A stretch of DNA of 64,000 bases from Marsupella aquatica (taxonomy: Eukaryota > Plantae > Marchantiophyta): NCBI GenBank assembly GCA_973895155.1, contig OZ316892.1, positions 510,917 to 574,916 on the forward strand, written 5' to 3'. The translations under genes were made by a program, and so were the position numbers. Position 1 is the stretch's first letter. Each line of letters opens with the position of its first letter. Positions 37,791 through 50,406 of this stretch are shown in pieces. The notes under the pieces were generated by a model. That model searched no databases, was not told where the DNA came from, and saw only the letters and a list, made by a program, of their open reading frames with translations.

Positions 37791-38989
37791 TACCGGGCCT
37801 GATTTACTTTGTACTGCATGTTCTTTGTTCTTAGAGTGACGCTTTTGCAAAGCTCTTGCAAAGCAATCCACTTTGCAAGTGTGTTTTGCAACAAAAAGCA
37901 AAAACAGGATGACATCCATTGTGTCTTATATATGTGTCAAAGCATATTAGGGCAAGGCAAAGGCAAGAGGAGAGGAAAGAGGTTGGGGAATTGCACATCC
38001 CAATAGAGTGGGGAACGAGGCTAAGTAGCAGGGGTGTTTCCAATCTCGAGAGTATCCCCAAGCAAGGAAAGGGGAGGGCACTCACAAACACTGCCTTCAA
38101 GTCGGGGAATCCACATGTCTTTTGAGAATTGCAGATGCCTCCTCAAGTTCCTGTAGTCCTTGAGCTCCCTCAGGTAGCCACTAATTTTCTTCTTGTCATG
38201 ATCTCAAGCCTGAAACATTGAAAACAAAATTCTGTCCATAGTTACCCATGTTTGTCCAAGTCTGGTCCATTTTGAAATGTATGCTTGGCTTGTGTTATCA
38301 CTCCACTTATTACTTTCTGCTCCTCCTTGAAAAGCTTTCCCCACTCAACACTTCTAGGGAAATTCGTGGCCACAATGTGCTTTATGTTGCTCTTAGCGCT
38401 TACAAGCTCATAAGGAATGCCATGAGCCTCTCACTAGTAGAAATATTCCCCAAATTAGACCCGAGAAATGACTATGCAACACCATGTACATCTTGGAAAT
38501 GACGAAGCAGCACTCAAGTCATTTAAAGGAGAGCTAGTTGTATGTTTTGTTACTAAACGAGTCTCAGTTGAGCACTCAGTTATATAAGAGACTTGGTTTT
38601 TCAGTCATTAATTTTGAGTTGTTTAAAATGGGCTATGTGGGTCAGTCATTAAAACAACTTAAATAGAGTTGGCATGTATTAGTGATTTAAACTACTATTT
38701 GGGTCATCTAAATCACTAGGGGATGGACCAAGTAGTACTTGGATAGGTTTATACAAGTCATTTATTATAACCACATGAGTACGACAAATGACTATATGAG
38801 ATCGGGTACGAGATAGTGCTAAACAGCTATCAATGACACTAAATAAACACTATACATGACCTGCCCCCATGTTACGACTCGTGAACATATGAACATATTC
38901 AACATTGGTACACAACTTGCAATTCATTGATATGAATTTAAACTTCAACATTCACAACTTGGACTTCATCCATATTCACTTAAACTACA

Positions 38990-40390
38990 TAGTATGAAGG
39001 GCTTCTATGATCTTGCTGAAGCTAACTTAATAGCCATTGTTAAGATCTGTCGAAGGTTGGGGGTTAGGGTTGTTGGCGATCTTTGGTCCAGTGTGGACTG
39101 TGAGTGGAGAAACCTTGATGCTAGACTTCTCACATTCAGGGGATTTTTGGGTGAAGAGAATAACAGGTGCTTAGCTTTTCTCTGCGCTATTCACAGGTCT
39201 AGATACCGGGGCAGGGCCTTTGGCTCGGCAATGGCAGTGGCTTGACAAGGATTCTATGCCTGTTTGTTTTAGTCTACCTACCAGTAGAGTGTATGAAATG
39301 CTTTGCCCCCAAGGGCTCTGATTTCATTAGGCTAAACCGGATATGGAATGAGACTGTACATGACTGAGTACGAATGGAACTATGTTTGTACTGAGTACGA
39401 ATGGAACTATGTCTGGAAAGTGGTGTGGACTGCCGATCTCTCCACAAAAGCTAAAACCTTTGTGTGGAGGATCTTGGCTCTTCTCAGGCTCTAGGGCTTT
39501 GGGGATTGGTAAATCAGACAGCTTCTGCACACTTTGCACCAGCAATGTGGAGACCATCCTGCACATCTTTCTTTTGTGCAAGCAATCCAGCAACAGACTG
39601 CATGTACCGATTGGTACACAGTGTTCTGGTGATTTGTAGGGTAAGTATTGTTGGTCTGCTCCTCTTGACAGTAGGGAGGGCACCCAGGAGTATGCTGCAT
39701 ACTTTCCTTTTGTTTCAGACTTTGGTGCATCTGGCTGCCCAGGAACGGTCAGACTTTTGACCAGTTGCAGGTCTTCTCCAAAGCGCTTGACCATTTGAAT
39801 GCAGTTGCTTTAGCTTTGCCCCTGAGCAGGAAAATTGATTGACTCACTCAGGGCAAAGTACTACTTGAACAAGAACAACTTAGGATTCTGGGCAGTGGAG
39901 TCAGGCGTACTATTAATCACTGATTGAAGAGTTGCTATTCTGAGGCCTTAATTTGCTTTGAGAATAGGTAGATATATTAGCCACAGAATTTGGTTTAAAA
40001 CATGGTAGAACTTGCTCTCTAGTTGATATTTGCCACAGACTGGAGTCTACTTTAGCTATGTCTTGCCTTAGTTTGATCCCTTGGTCTGCTCTATATGACC
40101 TGGATTGGCCCAAAATACCTCTAGCATCATACCCTCTTTTCATTTACTCAATGCATTGAGAAACCTCTTGCGGTGATTAGCAATCTTGGCAACGGCTTGG
40201 TATGTACCTTGTAGGGATTGGAAAGCATAGATCTCGTATTTGGAATGGGAGATGGGAAATCCATCTATAGGGAGGCTTTCAACCACATGTCCTTGGATTA
40301 TGGTAGTTGGGTAGGTGTATGGGAGATACTGTATAGGATGAGACTCCTGTATGGCAGGACCTTCTGCCCTATTTTTTCTTATTAAAAAAT
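38990..40390 (+). mobile_element. Degraded L1-like LINE 3' fragment
   Basis: zf-RVT-like motif CTLCTSNVETILHIFLLC in ORF 39382-39639; many stops; A-rich tail near 40385. Confidence 0.6.
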
Positions 40391-40524
40391 CTGTTATGTA
40401 TTTTCATCTAAATCTGACTTAAGTCTATTGTTTCACTTTGTGTTGGTTTGAATTTAGCAATTTCTCGAACCCCCTCTTTAAATATTTCAAGCCCGTAGGT
40501 TCTATTTCATGTGTTAGAAACTTA

Positions 40525-40990
40525 AACTAGTTTCATGCCTCTGCGTTGCACAAAATATGTTGAGTAGGTGTGAAAAAAGTTGCCAATGAGAGAAAAATAT
40601 GTCGAGGTGAAGAAAAAATGTTTGTGTGAAAAAAGTTGTCATGAGAGAAAAGATTTTGAGGTGAAGAAAAGATGTTGGTGTGAAAAAGTTATCGATGAGA
40701 GAAAAAGATGTCGAGGTGAGGAAAAGAAGTCAAAGTGAAAAAAAGATGTCGAGGAGAGAAGAGATCGCAAGGTGAGAAAATGATGTAAAGATGAGGAAAA
40801 CATGTTGAGAAGAGAAAAGACGCGCGTTGAGGGTGAGGGAAAGATGTTGTGGTGAGGTAAAGAACACAAAGAATGCCCGTGCATTGCACAAAAGATGTTA
40901 AAATGAGAAAAAATGTCAAGGTGAGGCAAAGTTGTTGAGGAAACACAAAAAAAATGCAGGCAAACTATTCCCTATGTGCCACAAAAAAGA
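40525..40990 (-). mobile_element. Possible Helitron-like non-autonomous fragment with purine-rich repeats
   Basis: ACTAG followed by a degenerate hairpin tgcctctgcgttgcac (a reverse Helitron 3' end), then repeated gtcgaggtgarraaa units. Confidence 0.35.
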
Positions 40991-41753
40991 TGTAGCATAA
41001 AAATGTCATTATTTGATTGTGTTTATCATTGTTGCAAAAATGTTGTCATTTTGGTCATTATTGTGAACGTGTTATTGTTGAGGAGGATGAAAGTGAGAAC
41101 ATGGAGATGCAAGATGGGTGACAGTGGCCATTACATCACGAAGTCATAACATGATCACTAAACCCTAAACGATGCAATTTTTCTTAAAATAAAATTATGA
41201 ATATTTTTAATACATAAATATATACAAAATTATCTCACTTTATCCCCTTCTCTATTTTTCCCTACCTTTTTCAATCTCCTCTTCCTCAATTTTGGTTCAT
41301 TATTTTTATCTGGCCTTCCCCCTTTTTTCCCTCTATGCCAATTTCTTGTTACGTCCTCCCTGATCTTGGGATAGTGCTTTATCCTTATATTATTTATTAA
41401 TTTATTTTAATTAAGGGGAAATGTGTGAAGCCCCACTGAAAGGGATCATTCACAACTTTTGAACCCAAGACTTATGAGTCACTACTCAAATGAGTTGCCA
41501 CACAACCATGCCTCTCTGGACTTTATCCTTATATTTTTATGAGAGTATAATCTAATCATTGTACCCTTGTAGAGTTGTAGTCCCCATGGGAGAGTAGAAA
41601 GGACAATCTAGAATAATTCATAAAGTACAATTATTTTTGTTCTCATTTAGAGTATTGTAATGTTATTATGTGTTTATGTGTACCTTGGTCATGAAATTAA
41701 TAATCAAATGGTTACAAAAAATCACCCAAAAGATCTAACGCTTGTCATTCATT

Positions 41754-42938
41754 CAGATATATGCTTGGTGGGCCCCCTGGTGAACCTTTCTTACCTGATG
41801 GGCCCCTAGGTAACTTTTTTTTACCAAGTAGGACCCCTCTTAATGACCAGTACACCTATTCTTGTGTGGTGCTTACACCTCTCCTTGTGTGGTGCCTACT
41901 ATGTATAGTGACTCCAGGCAAACTACATGGTTGGACCGTGTGGCTAACCCTGCATGGTTGACCAAGAAACCACGGAGATTATTCGAGAGAAACTGCGAAA
42001 AGTGACTGCCGTTGTTGAAAATGTGATTTGAAGACAATATGCATTATGTCTTCGGATTCAAAATTTGACCGATCACGAGGTAGTCATTAGGTTGCTTGTA
42101 TGGATTTTTTGTGACTGTTGGACCATGTGGGAAGCCACCCCTGCATGGTCGAAGATGTTAGATATTGCTCTAGTCTTGTGACTCATGAGCTAACTACAGT
42201 TAGGCTAACTCAGGTTAGGACTTAGCTATTGTTAGCGGTAGTGCTGTTGTGTATATAGCCAGGGCTGATGCCAGACCCTGGTGGAACTTAGGCTCATTGT
42301 TACGGAGTTAGTTGAGAGATAGGGAGAGCTTGTGCTGTGGATGCTTGGTATGGCCGGTCGGCCTAGAGTGCAGTAAAGCTCTTGTGTGTTCCCGTGGATG
42401 TAGCCTCATGTGGAGGTGAACCACGTATCTCTCTGTGTCGACTATTGTGCGTTGGATGGTTCATGGGCTTGTCGTTACGAATGTCGTCTATGCTCAACAG
42501 AAGAAACATGTGGGAGAAACAGGTGAAACCGCATAGATGATGTGGGAGAACTGCGAAAAGCTGCCGCCGCTGCCCAAACCGTGACTTGAAGACAATATAG
42601 ATTTATGTCTTCGGGTTTTTTGGTCAAATTTTCAATCCGAAGACGTAATGCATATTGTCTTCAAATCACGGTTTCGACAGCGGCAGTCACATTTTGCGGT
42701 TTCTCTTGAATAATCTCTGTGGTTTCTCGGTCAACCATACAGGGTCGGCTGCATGGTCCAACCGTGCAGTTTGCCTGGAGTCATGGTACTTAGTAGGCAC
42801 CACACAAGGACAGGTGTAGGCACCACACAAGAACAGGTGTACTGGTCATTAAGAAGGGTCCTACTTGGTAAAAAAAGGTTACCTAGGGGCCCATAAGATA
42901 AGAAAGGTTCACCAGGGGGCCCATCAAGCATATATCTA
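41754..42938. mobile_element. Non-autonomous MULE/foldback element with ~300-bp TIRs
   Basis: 41755-~42060 is the reverse complement of ~42630-42937; 10-bp TSD GTCATTCATT / GTTATTCATT. Confidence 0.8.
42156..42499 (+). mobile_element. Solo LTR of the same copia family as 23493-30261
   Basis: 344-bp reverse complement of the copia LTR with TG...CA ends and TSD GAAGA. Confidence 0.93.
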
Positions 42939-43874
42939 GTTATTCATTCCCACCCAAAATGCATTTTGTAATGGGATGAAGGACTAAAAGGAAGGAGATT
43001 CAATATTATAGATGCAAATGAATTTTTATGATATTTTCATTGTGCCAATCTTTGTTTATTGCATGACAAGATTAGACTCACCAGGCTCCACCAACACATA
43101 AACAAATGGTGCCCAGTAGGTTATATCTCCATTGGTGAAAACATTTCCAATGCTTATGGTTTAGAGATTAACACATGTCACCTAATTGAGAAGCTCTCAA
43201 TAGGACCTAAAAGCAGAGTACAAAGCTGATGTACTTCTCTTTCAACAACAAAGTACTCTACCTCCTAAGGTACTATACTTTCACCCAAAACTACCGAATG
43301 TTTCTTCACTTTATTTTAATCCCATTTATTTTTAAAAATCATTGTTTCAATAAATGTGAATAATATGCGATAGCTACTAATTGATAAACTACTTAAATTA
43401 GCAAATGTTGTGACATTAGTAATTCTTCTTCTCATATTCTTTGCTAATAAGTAGCATGGTCTTAGAATGGGCCAGCTATAAGTGAGATACAAGAGGAGAT
43501 TCTTCAGGTCCCACCTTTTCCCCCATTGTCCACAGTGTTTCTGTTGTCAGGAGTTGGAAGCTTCACTGCAGGACTGACAGACAGATGGTTCCCTTCACTG
43601 ACCAGTCTTTGAGAGTGCACCACGCCACCACTCTTTCTGCAGTAGTTTAACTTCTTGTTTGGCAGCCTGTGGGCTTGCTCCTCTCCTGGAGTCCTGGTGC
43701 TGGCCTCTCCGGTTTTTGGGCACTTAGACCTTCGGACCCCGCGGGTGTTTGCCCCTATGTGGGTCCCTACAACCCTACCCCTATGCTGGCTTTTTGAATT
43801 AAATCCATCGGGTTCTTTCGAGGCCCCCAAAAATTCTTACCACGGCACAAAACACAACCCGGGAAAGACTGCTA

Positions 43875-44725
43875 CTGTCTTCCCCCGAACACAACGCCCG
43901 TGTTCGAATATGACTTTTTTTGGGCCCTAAAAATAAAAAGTGGTTTTTATTCAAACACAGCGTCGGATTAACACAACGCCCGGGCGCTGTGTTTGAGTTT
44001 GGCGTTGTGTTCAAAGTTAGTGCAGCTTTGGTGTTGTGTTTGAAGTTGGCACATACTTTCAAAGTTGGCGCAGCACAGTGTTGACGTTGGCTGTATGTGA
44101 GATCATATTTTGGTAGGTAATGTACATTTGAAACTGAACAAATGAAGTAGGCAGTCCATAGGTTTTGCAGCATGTAGCAACAATTTATCAAGCAAAAGCT
44201 CAGAACACATAGTAGACAACTTGTCCAAGTCTCCTTGGTTATGGTATTTTATTGTGCTGTTAGACATTTTTTATTGTTTGAGGCAACCAAACAATTGTAT
44301 TATGGTATGACATGCACTAAGTTGACAATAGTGATGTTTTGGAACAATTTTTAGAATATTGTTGATTGTCACAAATTTATGGTACTTGTGATTTGCAAGG
44401 TCTGTTCTCTTAGCTTCCCTTGTGTAATCCCAGTGTTTGAATTACCTACACATTCCCAAACACTTTATTTAAGACTTCAGTTAGTGCTTACACAATACAT
44501 TAATCTCCTACCCTTGTACACAAAAGCCTATACTCAAACACAATGCTATTTTTGAACACAACCCCATTTTCGAACACAGCGCCACTAGTGAAAAAAATCC
44601 AAAACCATGTCAAAAAAATTGAACACAACGCCTAGGGCGCACTATTCAAATATAGCGCCCCCTGGCCCACTATTCAAATATAGCTTCAAATATAGCGCCT
44701 GGGCATTGTGTTCGGGGGAAGAAGG
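43875..44725. mobile_element. Tc1/mariner (pogo/Tc2-like) MITE
   Basis: TIRs CTGTCTTCCCCCGAACACAACGCCC / GGGCATTGTGTTCGGGGGAAGAAGG flanked by TA; subterminal AACACARCG repeats; 21-bp tandem duplication at the right end. Confidence 0.75.
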
Positions 44726-47532
44726 TAGTCGTTCGGGGGAAGAAGGTAGTCGCTAATCAAGAGCTTGGAAATCCTCAAATTTAATCACGAGCTGGAAAGC
44801 CAACTCCACCTCTAACTGGTCTTTTGTTATTTCCTAGGGCTTTCCTCATTAAGTTTTGAATGGATTGCCATGGGGATATGAGTCGTGAACTGTGGATGTA
44901 CTCACCAAAACGACCAGAGAATCTTAGTTTGATTTTGAGTTAAGTTTTCTCTGAGTGACGCACATAGTTGTGGCTACTGAGAATCCTCAGGACATCATCG
45001 GGCAGCCAGATCTCTTCTTTTACCTCACCTGAATTGGATCAGCTGCACAACTATTCTGAGGAAGCTGTTGTAGGACCAGCGGCAATGCCCAGTCGAATCC
45101 CAGTTTGGATTTGGAATGGCGCAGTTCGGCTCACCTAGCAGAGCTCAGTCCAGCTGAATTCCAAGTGACAGATCAAGGGTTGTGCGAGAAAATACGAGTG
45201 ATCAGGTTTTAACAGTGCCGCTTCTCAGGGTTCCTCCTCCTCGCCACCAAGATCTCACATGAATCCAAGGAGATCCACGGTGTCTATCCCGAATCCCGGG
45301 CTGTCGCAAGCTAACAATGCTTGCACAATTCACAATTTGCTAAGAATTACTCGTCGTAACTCATTATTTAATGTTGCTGTAGTTGCTTCTCGAGGAGCTG
45401 GTACCGAGCTGTGTGTAGCCGGATGCTGACGAATCCAGTGATCCCTGTTAGGTGGGCGTTACCACTTTTACACGGCCTCCCGCGACGTCCTTCGGGCAGA
45501 GAATTCTTAGTAAGGCCCTAGCTGTACTCGATGTTCTTCTGCGTTTCAACCCTAAATTGCTGGGCAACAATACTTCTCAACTGTCAGTGCCCAAGGAAGC
45601 GGGACAGAATCTCTTTTCCAGCCCGGGATACTTTTCGTCCCCCATCCTGGTTCAAGTCCTGCTCAATTCTTGGATCACCTCTCCTGCTGCCTGCAATTAT
45701 GTGCATTTCCCCTTTTTTCTAACGCACGTTAGACTTAAAAGTATATCTCCGATTATGAGCTTCTTTTATTGCCCATCACAATCCAGATCAATTTTGTTCC
45801 CACTTTCTCTAACTTGTTGTTCTGAAGAATTGTCGAGCCTGCCCAATCTGCTACTTACACGGTCTGCATATCACTTGTTCACAAGTCCTTTGAGGAAATG
45901 TCGTCCGTTTTTCGTTTGGTATGCAGGACAGTTCGATTGGAAGGGTTCTGTCTTGGAGGGCGATAAACAAGAGCACATGCGCCATCGTTTTTCAGAGGGC
46001 AATATGCAGGTATGACGGTGGTTGCTTTGGGATTTGGAAGGAAGACATTCTCTTACTTTTTACTCTAAAAACTTGTAGTTTTGATTCTGAAGTTTGGATG
46101 GCAAAGCTGGGATGATTCTTAAAGGAGTACAGCAATTCCTGATGCAGGCGAAGTGATCCTGGAGAGGATACTGCTACTCCTATGTTTCTAGGGGTTTTTC
46201 CAACTGTTACGTTGAGCTGAGATTCCTCTGCCCGGACCGAGCCTTCGCCAAGTGAATTTTCTTTCCTTATGTGAGGGGTTTGCAAGATTGCACTACTTAG
46301 ACTGATTTGAACGTTTGTCAAACAGGTATCATATTGTTCTCAACTGTACCATTAAGCTCTCTATTCCCGTGCCATTAAGTTCTCAATTCCCGGCACAGAA
46401 ACGGAGCTGACTCGATGGAAATTTTGGATATGGACCGCTTTAGGCAACACTCTACAGCCAGGTATGATTAATTTTGTATGCATGTCATTTTGTTGGATTG
46501 ATGTGACTAAACGACCTTGAATACATTCTCAACAAACACGTTGGATTTGCAGAGTGCATCCTCCATCTCCCGGTATGATTGGTATTGGCATCAGCCATCC
46601 TTCTTGTACAAGGCCTTCAGGTAATGGGCTGAAGAGCGATTTCCACGTTGTGAGTACCTACCTGTAAACAAAATCTCTTGTTCCAGCACCACGGTGTGAC
46701 ATTTACAGTTGCATGAATTTTCTGCTATGAGGCCTATGCGATGAAGACTTGACTTGAACTTCAAGTTTGATTCTGTTTCATCTCCAAGGAAGCAAAGGGA
46801 TCGGGGCGAGGGGGGGGGGGGTGGCCTCTCACATTCATGTCAACTGTGCCTAATCACGATGGATTGTCTAGAGCCAATCTGTAGATGCTGGCTAGTCAAT
46901 TCTAAATAGTCTCTTTTCCAAAACCTGAGATTCTGGTTTGTGTATAGCACAGAAATGACAGTGTAGGCTACTTACAAATAAGCGCCTGTCAAGGTGCCCT
47001 ACGAGTCTATCCTATACACAACCCAAGGATAACATTGGACCGCTGGCTGAAGGTTTATAGTGCCAATTCAGGAGGCTCTTGACTCCGTTCGTTCGATGGT
47101 TACAGTGAAATACCGGAGTATGATTGCGCTTATTGATACTTGAGCTACCTGGAGATGTCTTTCACAGTTGTTTCTGTACTCTATTCTAAGATCATTGCAT
47201 TCTTGACAGATAGCCGTTACTCTCAGCTGAAAAGGAGTCATATAACTTTTGCAAGTTATCTGTACCAAAGATCACAGCAGAGCAAAGGAGACAAGAAAAT
47301 ACATCTTTGGACGAAGGTGGGAAATGCACCCTAGAACTCGAGAGACTTACCGGTCTGCTATCTATGTCTGAACATTTATTGTAGAAAGATCATTGGGAAA
47401 CATAGTCTTGGAGAAATAAGTAAAACTTTATTGCACCTCGTGGAATCTCCTGGATTTTATCCGGGTACCAGATCTCATCGTGGGTTGTGGTGCTGACAGA
47501 GGAAGCCCAGAGCACCTCAGTTCAATCAGAAG

Positions 47533-50406
47533 ATGACAAGAGAAGCACTTTGGGTGGATGAATGGTCAACCGCAGCATGGGTTAAGGCAAGGGCGAGTTT
47601 GACTCCTCAAGGCAGATTTCAATCTCATCTTAGTTATTGCACGGGAGATCGGTCTCAAGTCACTTCAAAAGGGAATGGCAGTAGGCATATGCATGATGGT
47701 GGTACCACGAGTGAAACAGTTGCTGTTTTGGACGATCGTCTACAACGTGGCATTACTGTAGACTCGTACACATATGTTAAAGTTCTGCAAATGTGCTTGC
47801 AACAGAGAGACCTTTCAGCAGCCAAGCAAATTCATGATTGCATCATCGAGAGTGGAATTGATAAGAATCCATATGTGGCAATCACGCTCTTGAATGTGTA
47901 TATCAAATGCGGAGCATTGTTGGATGCACGTAGAGTTTTCGATCAACTTCAGAAGAAGAGTGTTATTACTTGGACCAACATGATTGCAGGATATACTAAA
48001 AGTGATCATGTTGAATCTGCACTCAAACTTTTCAATCAAATGCGCCAAGAAGGCGTGCAGCCTAATGTGATCACATATCTGACCATCCTGAAAGGATGTG
48101 CCAGCCCATTAGCTCTAACATGCGGAACAGAAATTCATGAACGCATTCGACATGCAGGCTTTGAATCGGACGTACGTGTGGGGACTGCCCTCCTGCATAT
48201 GTATGCAAAATGTGGGTGCATCGCCGAGGCAAAGACAGTTTTTGAAAAGTTGCCCAATCGACCTGTCATTACATGGAATATTATGATTGGAGCATATGCA
48301 GAACGTGGTGATGGTGTGGAAGCATATCGACTATATCTACAAATGAGACGTGAAGGCTTCGAACCAGATGCATTCACTTATGCGAGTATTCTCAAATCGT
48401 CCGCAAGCAACGAGCCTTTGGAGTGGGTGAAGGAAGTTCATGAGCATGCTTGCAAGGCGGCACTGGAGACCAATTTGCGTGTGGGCAGTGCACTCATCCA
48501 CATGTATGCAGAGAGTGGCAGTATAGATGACGCCCGACGAGTCTTTTACAGAATGGAGAAACGCGATGTAGTCACATGGAATGTAATGATCGGTGGACTT
48601 GCACAAAATGGATGTGGGCATGAGGCATATCGACTGTTTCTCCAAATGAGACGTGAAGGCTTCGAACCAAATGCAATCACTTATGTGAGCATCCTGAATA
48701 CATCTGTAAGTGCGGGTTCTTTGGAGTGGGTGAAGGAAGTTCATGGCCATGCTAGCAAAGCGGGACTGGGGTCAGATTTGCGTGTGGGCAGTGCACTGGT
48801 TCACATGTATGCACAGAGTGGCAGTATAACGGACGCCCGACTGGTTTTTAAAAGAATGGAGAAACGCGATGTTGTCACATGGAACGTAATGATCGGTGCA
48901 CTTGCACAACATGGATGTGGGGAGGAAGCATATAGAGTGTTTCTCCAAATGCGACGTGAAGGCTTTGAACCAAATGGAATCACTTGTCTGAGCATCCTGA
49001 ATGCCTCTGCAAGTGCGGGGGCTTTCGAGTGGGTGAAGGAGGTTCATGGCTACGCTAGCAACGCGGGACTGGAGTCGGATTTGCGTGTCACCAATGCCCT
49101 CCTTCACATGTATACAAAGAGTGGCAGTATAGATGATGCCTTACTGGTTTTCAACAGAATGGATAAACGTGATGTTGTCACATGGAATACCATGATTGGG
49201 GGACTTGCACAACATGGATCTGGGTATGAGGCATATCGGGTGTTTCTCCAAATGAGACGGGAAGGCTTCGAACCAGATGCTTTCACTTATGCGAACATCC
49301 TGAATGCATCTGCATCTGCATCTGCGGGGGCTTTGGAGTGGGTGAAGAAAGTTCATGGCCATGCTCACGAAGCGGGACTGGAATCGGATTTGCATGTGGG
49401 CGGTGCACTAGTTCACATGTATGCAAAGAGTGGCAGTATAGATGACGCCCAACAAGTTTTTCACAGACTGGGGAAACGCGATATACTCACATGGAACATA
49501 ATGATCGGTGGACTTGCACAACACGGACATGGGCATGAAGCCCTGGAACTTTTCAGAAAAATGACTGCAGACCATGTGAAGCCCAACGAGACGTCATTCA
49601 TAGCTGTGTTGTCAGCCTGTTCTCATGGAGGCCTTGCTAATGATGGCCGTAGAATCTTTTCAGCTATGACGCAAGATTACGGTATCGAGCGTACTGTTGT
49701 TCACTATAACCTCATGGTGGATATTCTTGGGCGGGCGGGACACTTGGAGGAAGCAAAGCAGTTGATCAGTGAGATGCCGATCGAACCAGATGATGTAACT
49801 TGGACAGCCTTGCTTGGGGCTTGTAGAACTTACGGTAATGTGGAGCTGGGCGAACTGGCCGCTAACGAGCTTTTCAAGTTGGAACCCGGTAAGGCCTCTA
49901 CGTATGTGCTGCTCTCCAATATCTATGCTGCAGCTGGGAAGTGGGGGAAAGTGTCATCTGTGCGCACCTTGATGCAAGCGAGAGGTGTTCGGAAGGAGCC
50001 AGGGCGTAGCTGGATTGAAGTTGATAACAAGATCCATGAATTTGTTGTGGGGGACACATCTCACCCAGAAGCGAAGGCGATATATACTGAGCTGAGTAAA
50101 TTGAGTGAAAAACTGAAGGCTGCAGGCTACATTCCGGATACCCAGCTTGTGTTGCATGATATCAATGAGGAGGATAAAGAGCTGGCTCTTTGCTTTCATA
50201 GTGAGAAATTGGCTATTGCTTACGGACTTATGCACCTACCTTGGGGAGAACCAATTCGTATCAGTAAGAACCTTCGGGTGTGTTCAGATTGCCACTCAGC
50301 AACGAAGTATATCTCTAAGGTGACCGGACGCGAGATTATTGCGAGGGATGCAAATCGGTTCCACCATTTTAAAGGTGGAATGTGTTCTTGTGGTGATTAC
50401 TGGTGA
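47533..50406 (+). CDS. PLS-class pentatricopeptide repeat protein with E/E+/DYW deaminase domain (organellar C-to-U RNA editing factor)
   Basis: 957-aa intronless ORF with P-L-S triplets, PG box PGRSWIE, HSEKLA and CSDCH zinc motifs, and terminal DYW. Confidence 0.97.
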   Translation: MTREALWVDEWSTAAWVKARASLTPQGRFQSHLSYCTGDRSQVTSKGNGSRHMHDGGTTSETVAVLDDRLQRGITVDSYTYVKVLQMCLQQRDLSAAKQIHDCIIESGIDKNPYVAITLLNVYIKCGALLDARRVFDQLQKKSVITWTNMIAGYTKSDHVESALKLFNQMRQEGVQPNVITYLTILKGCASPLALTCGTEIHERIRHAGFESDVRVGTALLHMYAKCGCIAEAKTVFEKLPNRPVITWNIMIGAYAERGDGVEAYRLYLQMRREGFEPDAFTYASILKSSASNEPLEWVKEVHEHACKAALETNLRVGSALIHMYAESGSIDDARRVFYRMEKRDVVTWNVMIGGLAQNGCGHEAYRLFLQMRREGFEPNAITYVSILNTSVSAGSLEWVKEVHGHASKAGLGSDLRVGSALVHMYAQSGSITDARLVFKRMEKRDVVTWNVMIGALAQHGCGEEAYRVFLQMRREGFEPNGITCLSILNASASAGAFEWVKEVHGYASNAGLESDLRVTNALLHMYTKSGSIDDALLVFNRMDKRDVVTWNTMIGGLAQHGSGYEAYRVFLQMRREGFEPDAFTYANILNASASASAGALEWVKKVHGHAHEAGLESDLHVGGALVHMYAKSGSIDDAQQVFHRLGKRDILTWNIMIGGLAQHGHGHEALELFRKMTADHVKPNETSFIAVLSACSHGGLANDGRRIFSAMTQDYGIERTVVHYNLMVDILGRAGHLEEAKQLISEMPIEPDDVTWTALLGACRTYGNVELGELAANELFKLEPGKASTYVLLSNIYAAAGKWGKVSSVRTLMQARGVRKEPGRSWIEVDNKIHEFVVGDTSHPEAKAIYTELSKLSEKLKAAGYIPDTQLVLHDINEEDKELALCFHSEKLAIAYGLMHLPWGEPIRISKNLRVCSDCHSATKYISKVTGREIIARDANRFHHFKGGMCSCGDYW

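Noticed and set aside
45452-46015. 187-aa ORF upstream of the PPR gene as a protein-coding gene
   Set aside because: GTG start, no recognisable domain, and the frame is not preserved in the duplicate at 20820-21150.
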